Below, in pieces: positions 1-11,879 of a DNA stretch of 64,000 nt. Origin of the DNA: Chiloscyllium plagiosum (taxonomy: Eukaryota); assembly GCF_004010195.1 (NCBI RefSeq), contig NC_057755.1, positions 1 through 64,000 of the forward strand. The letters are read 5' to 3'. Each line of letters starts with the position of its first letter. Position 1 is the stretch's first letter. Under the pieces are notes generated by a model, which searched no databases, was not told the DNA's origin, and saw nothing but the letters and a program-made list of their open reading frames with translations. Both the position numbers and the translations under genes were made by a program.

Positions 1-960
1 GATAGGATAAATAGCCAAAGTCTTTTCCTTAGTGTTGGGGAGTCCAAAACTCGAAGGGCAGAATTGATACATTTAAAAGGGATCTAATTTGTATTGTCCA
101 CATTATACTTCATTTGCCATCTCTTTACACATTTGCTTAACCTGCCAATATCTCTCTGTAGACTGTTGGTAATCCTCTTGCAACCTGCCATTTCATTTAT
201 GTTCTGTCGTCTGCATATTTCCCTACAGTAGATCATTTTTCTTCCTCCAAGCTGTTTGCCCTGTGAAACGCCAATGATCACGAGTTGCCAACCTGTAACA
301 GATTCATTTATAACCTTCACAGATGGACAACCTCGAACATCGTAGGATTTTATCTTCTGATTTAACCTTTTGTGAGGTACCCTTTACAATATACTCGGAA
401 GTCCAAATTAAACATATCTGCTGGCTCCCCCTGTCCATTCTAGTTGAGATTTCTTCAGAAAAAAACCTTAAAAATTAGTCAGACATGACTTCATTTCATG
501 ACTGCTTGACCTTCTCCTGCGAATCCTTCCTTATCTCCCTGTTTCTATTTTCAAACACAATGTCTTTACCTGAACAACAAGAGTGTTCAACTACCGCGAT
601 TCTCTCCCCCTGTCTGACGTCAGAGTGCAAACAGAACAGTGGCCAAAAGCTGTTTGACGAGAGAAGTTAGAGGTAGTATTGAATGCAAAACAAGTGGAAG
701 AAACAAGTATAGCTCTGACAATTGGGAACACTTTAGTAGTCAGCAAATGAGAACCAAGGGTTTGGTTAAGAAGGGGTAGAATGCAATATGAGAGCAAGCT
801 GGCAGAGATCATATCAAAGTAAACTTTTATGAATAAGGTTCTATCAGTATTCAAAGAAAACAAAATGGTGAACATAATTCCTTGACATTCAGAAATGGGT
901 AAAAGTACAATGGAAGAAAATAAATTTTGAGAAACTAAATTCACACTTTGAGTCATGGAA
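1..960. mobile_element. Mosaic of decayed CR1-type LINE fragments in both orientations
   Basis: CR1 3' piece at 1-85 (+). The minus-strand ORF 84-320 reads 'LQRDIGRL...WQMKYNVD', a CR1 RT C-terminal motif. Confidence 0.7.
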
Positions 961-1694
961 TCATTTATATGTAGAGCACAGAAAGAACTCGGTATAACAC
1001 ATCGATGCCGACCAGATATCCTAAATTAATGCAGTCCAATTTGGCCGATATCCCTCTAAACCGCTCCTGTTCAAATGCCCATCCAGTCATCACAAACAAG
1101 AACATGAATAACATACCCAAAACAACGGGGAACACAGGTGATAGACCACAGGTTTTTTTTCATTGAAACTGGTGTGAACTTTAAACTTCTGTCCGCAAAT
1201 AACTTCTGGCTTTTGAGACAGCTTGTGGCAAAAAGAACAGACCAAACCAGATTTGTTGGTTTTCAAGGCCAGGAACGGAGGCTAATCGTAGGATCAGTCT
1301 TTGATTTGTGTAGACAGAGAGACTACCGAGAAGAGCATCGTGTTTCAGCACATAGCAGAAGTTGGCTGTTAATGAGATCCCACAAACATGAGAATATGTT
1401 CTGGCAAGTCTGGAAGTTACGCAATGCTGAAACAGATGGCAGTTATTGAGTTGTAATTGAGTCCTCAGGAAGATGTTGCCTGTCAGGGTGGAGCCAAACA
1501 TTAAATAAATTACTTTGCCCTCCAACTTTCTCTGTGCTGAAGTTATTGGGCATTCAATAAATAGTAAAGTTATTTGTTTAAATATACAATAGGTATCTGG
1601 CAATTAATTACTCGAAAGTGCTGGGATTGATGACTTAAAATCTGATTCAGGAACATTTGAGTAATTACTGGTGTCTTCGTCCATAATGTTGGCC

Positions 1695-1860
1695 GTACTA
1701 ATTTGCCCATAATGTTCAGGGTGTGTAGGCTAGTTGCATTAGTTCGAGGAAATGTGGAATAATAGGTGTAAGGAAGTGGATCTGGATTCAATACTCATCA
1801 GAGGGTCGGTGTGGACTTGTTGGGCCAAATGGGCTGTTTGCCCACTGTAGGGATTCTATT
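1695..1860 (+). mobile_element. Old 3' fragment of an HE1-like V-SINE
   Basis: 'gggtcggtgtggacttgttgggccaaatggg...cactgtagggattcta' matches the 3' half of the intact SINE at 56211-56537. Confidence 0.7.
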
Positions 1861-4800
1861 TCTTTTATTCAAAAAAATTAATCTATGTTCATATTAACTT
1901 CTGTCCATACATATATAAAACATTGATATCTAATCAATTGCATCTCGTTGGTAGGTTAAATCCATTATAGCGTATCTGCTATTACAATCCTACGACCTGC
2001 AACATGCACGATTTGCAAATTAAGAGTCTATAACATGAGACTCCAATGGAATACTCTCATATTCTTGTTTGTAATTCGTTCAAAGAACGTAAGAGAATTG
2101 TGATCTGTGTATGCAACCATTACCGCCACATTGTTCACGACATTAACATTAAAATGTTGTCAGGCCAGTACCATACCCAATAATTCTTTTTCGATCGTAG
2201 AGTATTTTCTTTGACGGGTTTTGAGTCTGTTTGAAAAGTGACCAACTGACAGTTTAATTCCATCATCACCTTCCTGTAGTAGCACAGCTCCAACCCCTGT
2301 GTGACGAGCATCGATGGCAACTGTGAAGGGTTTCAAAATTTTCTGTGTAGCTAAATCTACACGGTGGTAAGCATTGTTTAAAATTGTCAAATGCCTCCTG
2401 GCATTGATCTGTCCACCGAAACATTGTGTTCATCTTCAGCAAATCTGTTAACAGTGCCATGACACTGCTGAAGCTTGGAGCAAACTTCTGGATGAATCCG
2501 CTTAGTCCCAAAAAATTGAAGCCCATCTTTCTTCGAGTTTGATTGTGCAAATTCCTCAACCGCATTCACCTTAGCGTTCCGTGGGGTTAACTTTCCTTGG
2601 CCGATGAAATGTCTGAAGAACGTCACCTCTGATTTCGTGAATTCAGTTTTGTGTAAGTTTGCAACTAGTTTTGTTTCTTGTAGTCATTTAAAGAGCTCTG
2701 ACAATTGTACCACGTGATCTTTCCAGGACCCAGTAAAGATGACTGCATTGTGCAAATAGACTGCACAGTTTTTTTTTTAACCCAACCACAAATCTGTTCA
2801 TGAGCCTTTGGAATTTGGCTGCCATATCTTCATTCCAATAGGCATCGCTTTGAATTGATATCGCCCTTTTGGGGAGACAAAAGCAGAAATTTCTTTCACT
2901 GTCTCTGATAAAGGGACCTGCCAATAACCACGCAGAAAGTCCAACATCGTGATGTAACTGACTTGTCCAACTTTCTCTCTACGTTCCTACAATCTCACTG
3001 TTGGATATGAATTCAATTTTGATAAAGCAATGACTTTCCGATAGTCCACGCAAAATTGTTGATTTCCATCCAGTTTGGGAACTAACCCGATCCGTGAACT
3101 CCACTCGCTCTGTCACTGTTCGATGGTAATTTCATTGAGCATCGCCTCCACTTCCTTCTGGACGTGCCTGGCGTTGAAAGGATGAAGCTTCGAGGGGTGT
3201 TCTTTTCAGAGAACAGCTCTCCATACACCTACCTCATGTAAAATAGCATTAGTCCTCTCTACTTATTCCTGCAAATGTACTCATACTATTGTAACAAACA
3301 TTTCAACTGTTTTCTTGGCTCCTTTGAGACAGACAGTTCACTCATCTATCCCACTTCTCAAGAACTTCCTCATTATTTAATATATCTTGAGACATATCAA
3401 ATTCCACAACACCTGGATTTGATTTCTCACTCTGTGGGGCAGTAAATAACACCTGTTTCTCCAATTCCTTCTCCCTATTCTGCTAAGGCTTCATCGTGTC
3501 CATATCACATACCTGCTATAGTTTCTTTCCACCTGGCATCTTTTCCAGGCAGTTCACCTGACTCAGCTTTTTCTCAATTTGTTCCGGACCACTCAACCTA
3601 GTTTGAAGGGATTCTTATCGCTGATAACAATACTAATATGTCATCCCCATGGGAAAATATATGAATCTCAGTAATTTTATCTCCCACTGCTTCATTCTAA
3701 ACTGTGGCCTCATTAGGTGCTGTTTACCTAACTCACCTACTTAAATTTATCTCTCCCTCACCTCTGATACGTAATCCAAGTGTGAGATCTCTGAATTTGG
3801 TCCTGTCAAATTCTCTTTAATTAGTTTCAAAGGACTTCTCACTTCATATCTGAATATTAACTCAAAGTGGTTAGATTCCATTTGGGGTATCTCTAATGGC
3901 AAACAGTGCGAATGGTATATTGCAATCCTGATAATTCGCGTAATCCTGGGAGTGTGCTCTCAAAATGTTCTTCACGGTCTGATGCTAACTTTTTTAAGCT
4001 TCCTGGAATTCAGGATTATTCGCACTTGATTTAAAGTTCTCTATACCTAAGCAGTCCATGACTTCCTGAAATAGCCTAGGACTAAAATTAAACTCTTGGT
4101 CTGACTGAATCTCTCTGGGTCATCCATATTACGTGAAGCATGCTATAAACTCCTCAACCACCCTTTTTTTTGGAATACTCTGTAATGGAGTTGCTTCCAG
4201 AAATCTTGTAGACACATCTAATATGGTTAGCAGGTACTGGACTTCCCATTTAGTTCTCCAGAGGGGACCCACACAATCAATCATAACCCACGTGATTGGT
4301 TCTTCAAACGAAGGAATTGTCAACAAAGTTGCTGATTTTATTACTGCCTGTGACTTACGTACAATTTGCATGTCTGACATATATGACAACTGTTAACCAT
4401 ATCCTTGCACATTCCAGCCTAATACAAAAGCGTTTGTGCCTTCGCCTGATCCTTTCGTACACCTAAGTGACATTCTATAGTAATTCATTTGCTTCCCATA
4501 ACACGTCCTATCTGTATGGTCCTGGCAACGCAATCTGTTGCACTTCGGCCCATTTCTCCTCTGCACTAACTTGCTGTCGTCTCCATTTTCATCTTCGGAT
4601 GCCACCTTTCAGATAAGAAACCTCTGGAATATTCTCTGCTTCATTTTCTGAGTGCACAGCAACATAAATAGATTTTATTGTCTCATCTTTCTGTTGCAAG
4701 TTTCTTGGCCTTTCAGGACGAACTACTTCTCTCTGACCCTCTAACTGTCCAGGTATTTCCTGCAGCATTACATCAAACGTGGCCTCCGCTAACTGAACCT

Positions 4801-5515
4801 CAAATCCTTCATCTTTCTGTTTAGTTCTTGCTTCATGCTGTGACTCATGATAGTGGGATATTGTGAATGTTCACTCTGGAAAAATATACCAGAGTATTTT
4901 TCTTTTAAGTCGTCAGTTCCCTAGTCTTTGTTGGGCTTCTTAACAATGAGGTGTGTCACTTCCACCTTGGACCCTACTAAATCGTTCCCAATAACAGACC
5001 GGATTCCTGACATTGACTCTCTGTGGTTCACTCCCACTATTATTTCCCCAGTCCTAAGTTGGCACTCCAACCTGATGTTACACAGGAGACTACTGAAGTT
5101 CTGTCCATTTATCCCACAAATTACCACTCTCTTGGGTAACAGGTCAGAAAGAGTGCAAATGCGTTCATCTCTTACTATTAGAGACTGGTTACATCCTGTA
5201 TCTCCCAAAATTACAAGGTCTTTCGCTTCTCCCTCTGTTTTATTCTGACTAACCTTTACCCACAGGCGCGAGTTCTTAATTGAGATCAGGCACTGACTCC
5301 ATACCCAGCCCCTGTCCAGGCTCTGCATTGTCCTGCAGCTTGGAGACTTTGTTGGGGTTTCCTTTGCTCCATTCACTAATACCATCGGCTTAACTTCTTT
5401 TAACACATATTTTTCCACAGTGCCATTTTTAATGACCAGCACTGTGATTTTACATTTCCCACTTTCTGGCAGTGAAAGCACATTTTCCAAGTGCTATTCT
5501 GAAACCACCATCACT

Positions 5516-5778
5516 GTAATTTTGTGTGTCCAACTCTATTAGTGAAAACACCGGAGGCCTTTCACCTACTTTTCATTCTCTTGGTCTTCTTGTTTTTTTT
5601 TTACCTGTGGTAAACAATTACCAGTGTTGTCTACTCTTTGTTAGTGGTAATTTTGTGTGTCCAACTCTATTAGTGAAAACACCGGAGGCCTTTCACCTAC
5701 TTTTCATTCTCTTGGTCTTCTTGTTTTTTTTTTTACCTGTGGTAAACAATTACCAGTGTTGTCTACTCTTTGTTAGTG
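5516..5778. repeat. Near-perfect 131-bp tandem duplication in the gag zinc-knuckle region
   Basis: Units 5516-5646 and 5647-5778 appear identical apart from one T in a T-run. Confidence 0.95.
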
Positions 5779-6994
5779 TAGCATTTCTCCTTCTCACAAT
5801 GCCAATCCCTCACAAGGTGAAATTCTTGCCAGAAGCAAAATCGTGCTTTATGCACCAATGTGTATTCATTTACCATCTCTGCTGCTCTGCTCACATTCTG
5901 AACTTCCTGTTCATCCACGTGAATTCTGATCATTTCTGGAAGTGAATTCTTAAAGTCCTCCAGCAGAATAATGTCTCATGGAGCCTCATAAGTCTGAGCT
6001 ATTTTGAATCCCGCAAACATCTTTCAAAATGACCATATTTACTTCTTTCGGTCTTAACATAAGTCCTTGTCAACATAGTTCCTTCTTTATGTTTCTAAAC
6101 CGCTGTCAATACGCTTCGGGTACCAATTCATAAGCACTCAGAATAGGTTGGTGGACCTCTTCATAATCTCTTGCCCCGTCATCTGACCTGCTGAACATAC
6201 CTCACGAGCTCTGCCGACCAGCTTAGTCTGAACCAGCATTTCCCACAAATCCTCTGACCACTCCGTCTGCCTGGCAATTTTTTTAAACGAAATAAAAAAG
6301 GTTTCAACATCTTTCAAATCAAAATGTAACTGTTTTAACAATTGAAATATCACTGCCTTCTCTCTTGATCTCCATCCTGTGAACTTTACTTCCTTGACTA
6401 AGTCACAACTTCTGACATTCAAATTCTGTCGTCTTTTCTCTTGCTTTTCTCTCTTTTCTCTCTGCCTTTCTGCTCTCTCTTTGCTCAGCTAAGAACATTT
6501 TCTCTCTTTTATTTACCGCTCTCCCTCTTTCTTCTCTATCTCTTTTTCTTTCTCTCTCCCTTTCTTTTTCGACTTTATCTCTTTGCTGATGTTCTAACTT
6601 CATTTTCCACAATTGTAATTTAAGTTTTCTGAGTCTACTGAGCTTGTCTGTTTCTCTGACACCTTTAGGTGTTTGAGTAACTCCCTTAAAATTTCAGCTT
6701 CACTTCTGTCCTTGGTCAAACCCAACTCTATTATCATTGCTAAGTCTAAATGTTAACTTTTTTTTGTCCTTCTAAGCATTCTTGACACAAATGTGAATAT
6801 TCTTTTAACCCCAGAAACTCTTTAGGAATCCTCAGAGCCATGTTTCTCACTTTTAATGTAACCAAACACAAGTCACCAAAATTAAACAATCTAGGAACGT
6901 AAGCGACAAACGATTAAACCTGCTGGGATCTTTTCTTCCCCAAATCTGTTCAAATCTGTCCAAAGCTCAGACTAGATCTGCCGAAAGCGTCCAA

Positions 6995-7012
6995 ATCCTG
7001 GACAAGCACGCA
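6995..7012 (-). promoter_or_regulatory. Primer-binding site resembling tRNA-Pro
   Basis: The minus strand reads TGCGTGCTTGTCCAGGAT, a 14/18 match to TGGGGGCTCGTCCGGGAT, 3 nt inside the LTR end. Confidence 0.7.
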
Positions 7013-7015
7013 AAC

Positions 7016-7756
7016 TGTTACAACACCGAGTGGTGAACCCCTCTGCTAATTAAATCAAACAATCAGAAAAGTTCACCCCGCCTGGTCATCTGCTAAAGTA
7101 TGAGTGACTCACTTCCACGACTTAAGGGTAAAAAAAATCTATTTATTCTTTAGCGCTAAAAGTCAACAATAAACAACAAAAATTTACAACTCTAAACCTC
7201 CTTTCGCTTAAAAGCTTGTTATCTTTCTCTCACTCTATGACAATATACAAAAAAAAATCTCCTAGTAAAATTACGTCAACTTACCTTTCAAAACTAGGCA
7301 GCGGCTATCATGGTCAGTGTCGGCATTCTTTCAGCAGATCTTTTGTGTACCCTTCAGGCTTTTGCTGCAAAGATGTTTCATGTGAAAAAGGTACTGTTGA
7401 TAGAGAGTATTTTGGATAGCAGTTTCTCTCGAGATGGCAGTTTGTCGCTATCTCTCTGGCTGTAACAATGTCTGTTTTATTTTGTGTGTTCCCAAAAGAT
7501 CAGACCACCTTATTGCTTCAATGTTGTCAAAACATGAAAATTCAAATACGGTTGCATTTTAATATTTTGGGGCATAGTTTAAACTGGTTAGTGAAATTAA
7601 AACTGTTGTGAACAAAGCAGCCAAATGTTACATATGTTTCAATTTTACACTCTGAGACTGCTGGTCAGTCACATGACAGTTGTCTGCAAACTCTCACTGC
7701 CAAAACAGCCTTCACTGTCTCTTAAAGGTACAGTACACGTGTTCAACGTGAAAACA
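7016..7756 (-). mobile_element. 5' LTR of the Gmr1-like element (about 740 bp)
   Basis: Bounded by TGTT...AACA, adjacent to the PBS, and contains minus-strand AATAAA motifs. Confidence 0.7.
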
Positions 7757-8655
7757 AATAGGGGAAATAAGGGTTTTGAGAACAAAAAGGGTTTTGAGAG
7801 TCCATGTCCATTTGAGTGCAGTATCGATTGATCAGAACGATGTCCGGACAGCAAGGGTTCAATAATGAGGCAGTGAAATGTTCCAAACCCAGGGGTGAAT
7901 TCCTCAAATTTAGAAGGGTCTTAGATGCTTAAAGCTTTCAATAGATCTGTAATGATTGGAGCTTATGTAACCGTTGAAGGTATTTTTCAGAGACGTATTT
8001 TACTTCTTTCAATAATTACCTTAATTGGAGAAGTTATACTTGATTCAGAAGCTGTATGCATGCAAGGTGGGGAATTCTATTGCGATGTGGGATTTATTAA
8101 AACCAACAATGTGTCGGCTCCATTAAACAACCAACATCCCTTCACAGAACAGCTGTTGTTAACCAGGGAAGCCACATCCCACTGTTGAGGACGACATTTC
8201 TCCGAGAGACACTCTAAAACTGGAATTTAATTTCCAAATGGACCAAGGCAAGGGAAGGATGACACTGAAATAAAATGAGATATCAAAGTTGGATAGATGG
8301 TGTTGGGGTATCAATGCTATTATATAAGTTCGCACAGTGACTCAGTGGTCAGACCTGCCACCTCATCGGGTCAGCAGGTGGTCTGGGTGGGATACACTTT
8401 GCAGGGTCGGTGTGAACTTGATGGGCCCATTGATCTGCTTCCATATTGTAATGATTCAATGATTTTATTCAACATACATTTTCCAATGTTTGCCTTTGAC
8501 TGATTGAGATCTCCATCATCCAATAAACCTCAGTCTAAAAAATACTTTTTGACAACTGGGAGTTAACACACTGCTGTCACCTGTTTGCTGAAATTATTAA
8601 CTAAATGAATTGAACCACATTGTCATGTAACAGTCCCCCAGGCGATGCCAGTAGA

Positions 8656-8661
8656 TATAAA
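8656..8661 (+). promoter_or_regulatory. Candidate TATA box of GPCR gene 1
   Basis: TATAAA about 80 nt before the ATG. It is conserved in the paralog (58583-58588) and decayed to TATCAA in the pseudogene (44342-44347, minus). Confidence 0.55.
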
Positions 8662-8736
8662 TGAAAGGCTTTGAGATTATGTCACCTCGGTATTGAATAC
8701 AGAGAGATCGCCTGCACTAAGAGATTCAGGCAAACA

Positions 8737-8803
8737 ATGACGTTCTCAATCCATCATGTGCAGAGAATATTTTACGTGACACTTCCAATTGTAACAATTC
8801 CTG
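8737..8803 (+). CDS. GPR139/GPR142-like class A GPCR gene 1, coding exon 1 (MTFSIHHVQRIFYVTLPIVTIP)
   Basis: Runs from ATG to the donor CCTG|GTAAGT, 67 nt (phase 1). It joins in frame to the acceptor at 15579/15580 and supplies the missing first half of TM1. Homologous exons lie at 58664 and 44266. Confidence 0.88.
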
Positions 8804-11099
8804 GTAAGTGCCTGGTACCATTGAAGTTGTGTGAATCTGTGTAAGGATTCTCTGCGGGTTTACACGACCATAGATCCGTGCTCATGCGAAGTACAAGAGA
8901 GTTTTAGTTAATTACATTGCCTTGGAATGAAAATGTTGGAAAAGAAACAGCTCTGAAGAAGTTGTATAAAGCACAGTATATTGGCAGTCCAGTGTGCGGT
9001 AGCTCCATGAAGGAACTTACTGCAATTCCAGTTTAGAAATAGCAATCGTAAGTCATTTCACAAAGTGAGAGATATAGGGATTCTGGTGTGAATATTACAT
9101 GAGAGTTGTTTTCTTTGGAATGGCACTGCGAGTCATATTTTGCTGAATACATGAAAGTCGTGTCCTTTTGTTTCATTTCTGGATTGTTTTGAGGTTAATG
9201 AGTATTATGCATGCACCGCGTGTTCATTGCATTTGAATCGGGATTACAAGTACGTAGTTTGATTTGTTCTAGTTTATCGTCATTTCCTTTGTTTTGTTGT
9301 GGAAACCCCAATATTTGCAGAATTACGTGTTAATGATTCAGCAAGCGATCACTGTGTTAAATCAAGACAAATCAGGTAATTATCCATCAAGTTGGATTTC
9401 TGTCTGGGATCTGGTTTCTTCTGTAATTAGTCAGCTGGTGTCAGAACAGATGTGATGCTATTAAACACAGACTAACACCTGAGCAACTGATGAATTAAAC
9501 CCACTCCTCAAATAAATTGTGCCCTAATTGTATCTGTCAAGATCCATTATATGCCCCAGATCCTGATCAGGCATCCACACTGAGAAATAATTCCATATTA
9601 GCCCTCCCAAAGTTACAACCCTCTCACTCAAACAGACAACACAAAACACCTGCGAGACCTGCAATGCAGAAACTACATGAAACACTGGGTGGCTTACAGC
9701 TGTGATGTTGTGTGCAGTACTCGTCAGCACTAAGCAGTGAGGACAAAATTGCACTGATGAGTGTTTAGAAGAGATTTTCAAGAATGGTAGTGTCATTTTC
9801 CATAAACCGAGGCAAACGATATTTGATGTGATTGGAATGGACAAAATATAAAGGGTCTTTGATGGAGACTTGTCTCCCCGATAACCGTACCGTTTAAAAG
9901 GAGACACAGAGTGAGAACAATTGTCAGGAGGATGATCGAGAACATAAGCTCTACCCTTCCATTCAGAAGAGAATGGTGCGACTGGAACTCACTGCCCAGT
10001 TTGGGTGGTAACTTGAGATGACCAAAGTTAACTCATATAAAGGGAACTCGGATGTGCACGTGAGGTGTAGAAACCCTCAACGCTGTGGACCCCGTGATGG
10101 AAAGTCGAATCAGAACAGTTAACTTGTTTATTCAGTTGATGCAGGAATGAATGACCTCTTTAATTTCCAGGAGTTTCGTGCATTTCTGTGGGCTTTCAAA
10201 AAGACTAAGGAATGTAAAAGCGTATTTGCTTGGTTGGTTAACTAGCCTGTTTCTGTGTTGTCCATATTCCGCCACTGGATCACTCTGGACTGTTAAAGTG
10301 AGTTCCAGAGGGCTGTGGTTATCTTCCAGTTGTTCCTTGAGGAAGTGTTTGAAGCTTCATAATTTTTACAATGCATGAAGCCATTTTACATGGGGAGGAA
10401 TAATATTGACTAAGGTTCGAACATAAGGATTTATCAATTCATTAGGTTAATATTGCTTACTTTTTTTGCATTATTTGTATAACAAACATAAAGGATTTTT
10501 CAGACAAGTATTGTGAAGTCTTGTACTGTCTGTGAACTGCTGAGTATTCGGATTATCACTTCAAATATTAATTGTCCCTGACTTAAACTGAACAACACAG
10601 AGTCAGAGAGACCGGATTTTTAACATATTGTATTTTATTATACAATGGATTAAAGCTGTTACATTCAGTACTTGCAAAAGTGAACTGTCTGTTTCCTTTT
10701 GCATTGCGGACTTCATTTATAAAATATCAAAAAACGCATTCCAAAAGTTTCTGAGCCAGATAATGCAGAGAATGCAACAAAAAAGTCACTTTTCCCTATT
10801 TGCATTTTGCTTTGTTTGCTGACTGAAAGTACAAGCAAAATAGGAACATTTGCGACATATGACAAATAATTGTTTACTTTCCAAAACAAATTATGAAAGA
10901 TTCAGTGAGTTATCAAATCCTCAGTTTATCATCACGGAGGCGGGCTTGGTTTGTGGTTCGTGCCTTTCATAATGAAAGAAATCTTTCTCAACTTTGTTAG
11001 CATTATCCTTCAAATAGTAACTACTTCTCAATTGCAACAACTCAAGGTTTTTGTATTACACTGACCAGGCGATTCTAGGTAATGCTCGATGGAGGGTAG

Positions 11100-11835
11100 G
11101 AAAAGATTGTGGCTATGAGGTGCTCCTTTTATGTGCTACTCTCAACTGCAAATCTTGCGCACAACCTCTCCCTCACCTCCGTCCAAGTCTCCAAAGGAAC
11201 CTTCAACATCCATCAAAGTTTTACCTGCACTTCCACACATGTCATTTACTGTATCCGTTGATCCTAATGTAATCTCATCTACATTGGAGAGACAGGACAC
11301 CTCCTCACAGAGCACTTCAGAGAACATCTCTGGAACACCCGCACCAACCAATACTGTCGCCCCATGGCCGAATACTTCAATTTACCCTCCCACTCTGTCG
11401 AGGACATGCAGGTCCTGGGCCTGCACCATCGTCACTCCCTTAACACCTGACGCCTGGAGGAAGAATGCCTCAGCAGCAACCAATCCCATTGCATCAATGT
11501 GGAGTTCACCAGTTTCCTCATTCCAGCTCCCCAAAACCTTATCTCAGTTCCCGCCTTCCAGCTCGGCACCGCTCTCCTATCCTACTTGTCTGTCTTTCTT
11601 CCCACCTATCCACCCTATACTCCCCTCTGACCTATCATCTTTACCCCCACCTCCATCCACCTATTGCACTCTCAGCTACATTCCCAATGTTCCACACCCC
11701 TCCCAGTTATGTCTCCAACTTCAAAACCCCCAACCTTATTCCTGATGAAGGGCCTTTGCCTGAAAGGTCGCTTTTCCTGCTCCTTGGATGCTGCCTGATT
11801 TCCTAGGATTTTCCAGTATCACACCCTCGATTCTA
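11100..11835 (+). mobile_element. Penelope-like element 3' fragment (GIY-YIG remnant plus terminal repeat with hammerhead motif), in the GPCR intron
   Basis: 'acctgcacttccacacatgtcatttactgtatcc' (CTSTHVIYCI), the same sequence as 53349-54516, and CTGATGAAGGGC..GCCTGAAAGGTC at 11742-11769. Confidence 0.85.
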
Positions 11836-11879
11836 TTCCTTGGAATACGTTCTGCGAAGTTATTTGGGTTTAACTGAGA

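Larger units (their letters stand above)
1960..7756 (-). mobile_element. Degenerate Ty3/Gypsy LTR retrotransposon with Gmr1-like order gag-PR-IN-RT-RNaseH (copy A)
   Basis: On the minus strand: gag 'FFISFKKIARQTEWSEDLWEMLVQTKLVGRA' (6138-6422), protease 'ILGDTGCNQSLI' (about 5200), integrase 'IDCVGPL..YLLTILDVSTRF' (4129-4389), RT 'LDFLRGYWQV' (about 2930), and RNase H 'IDARHTGVGAVLLQ', 'YSTIEKELL' (2160-2330). Many stops and frameshifts. Confidence 0.92.

Noticed and set aside
1140..1690. 3' LTR of the Gypsy element
   Set aside because: LTR-like in character, but no match to 7016-7756 could be seen.
11131..11745. 204-aa Pro/Ser/Thr-rich ORF
   Set aside because: Off-frame reading of a Penelope 3' fragment.
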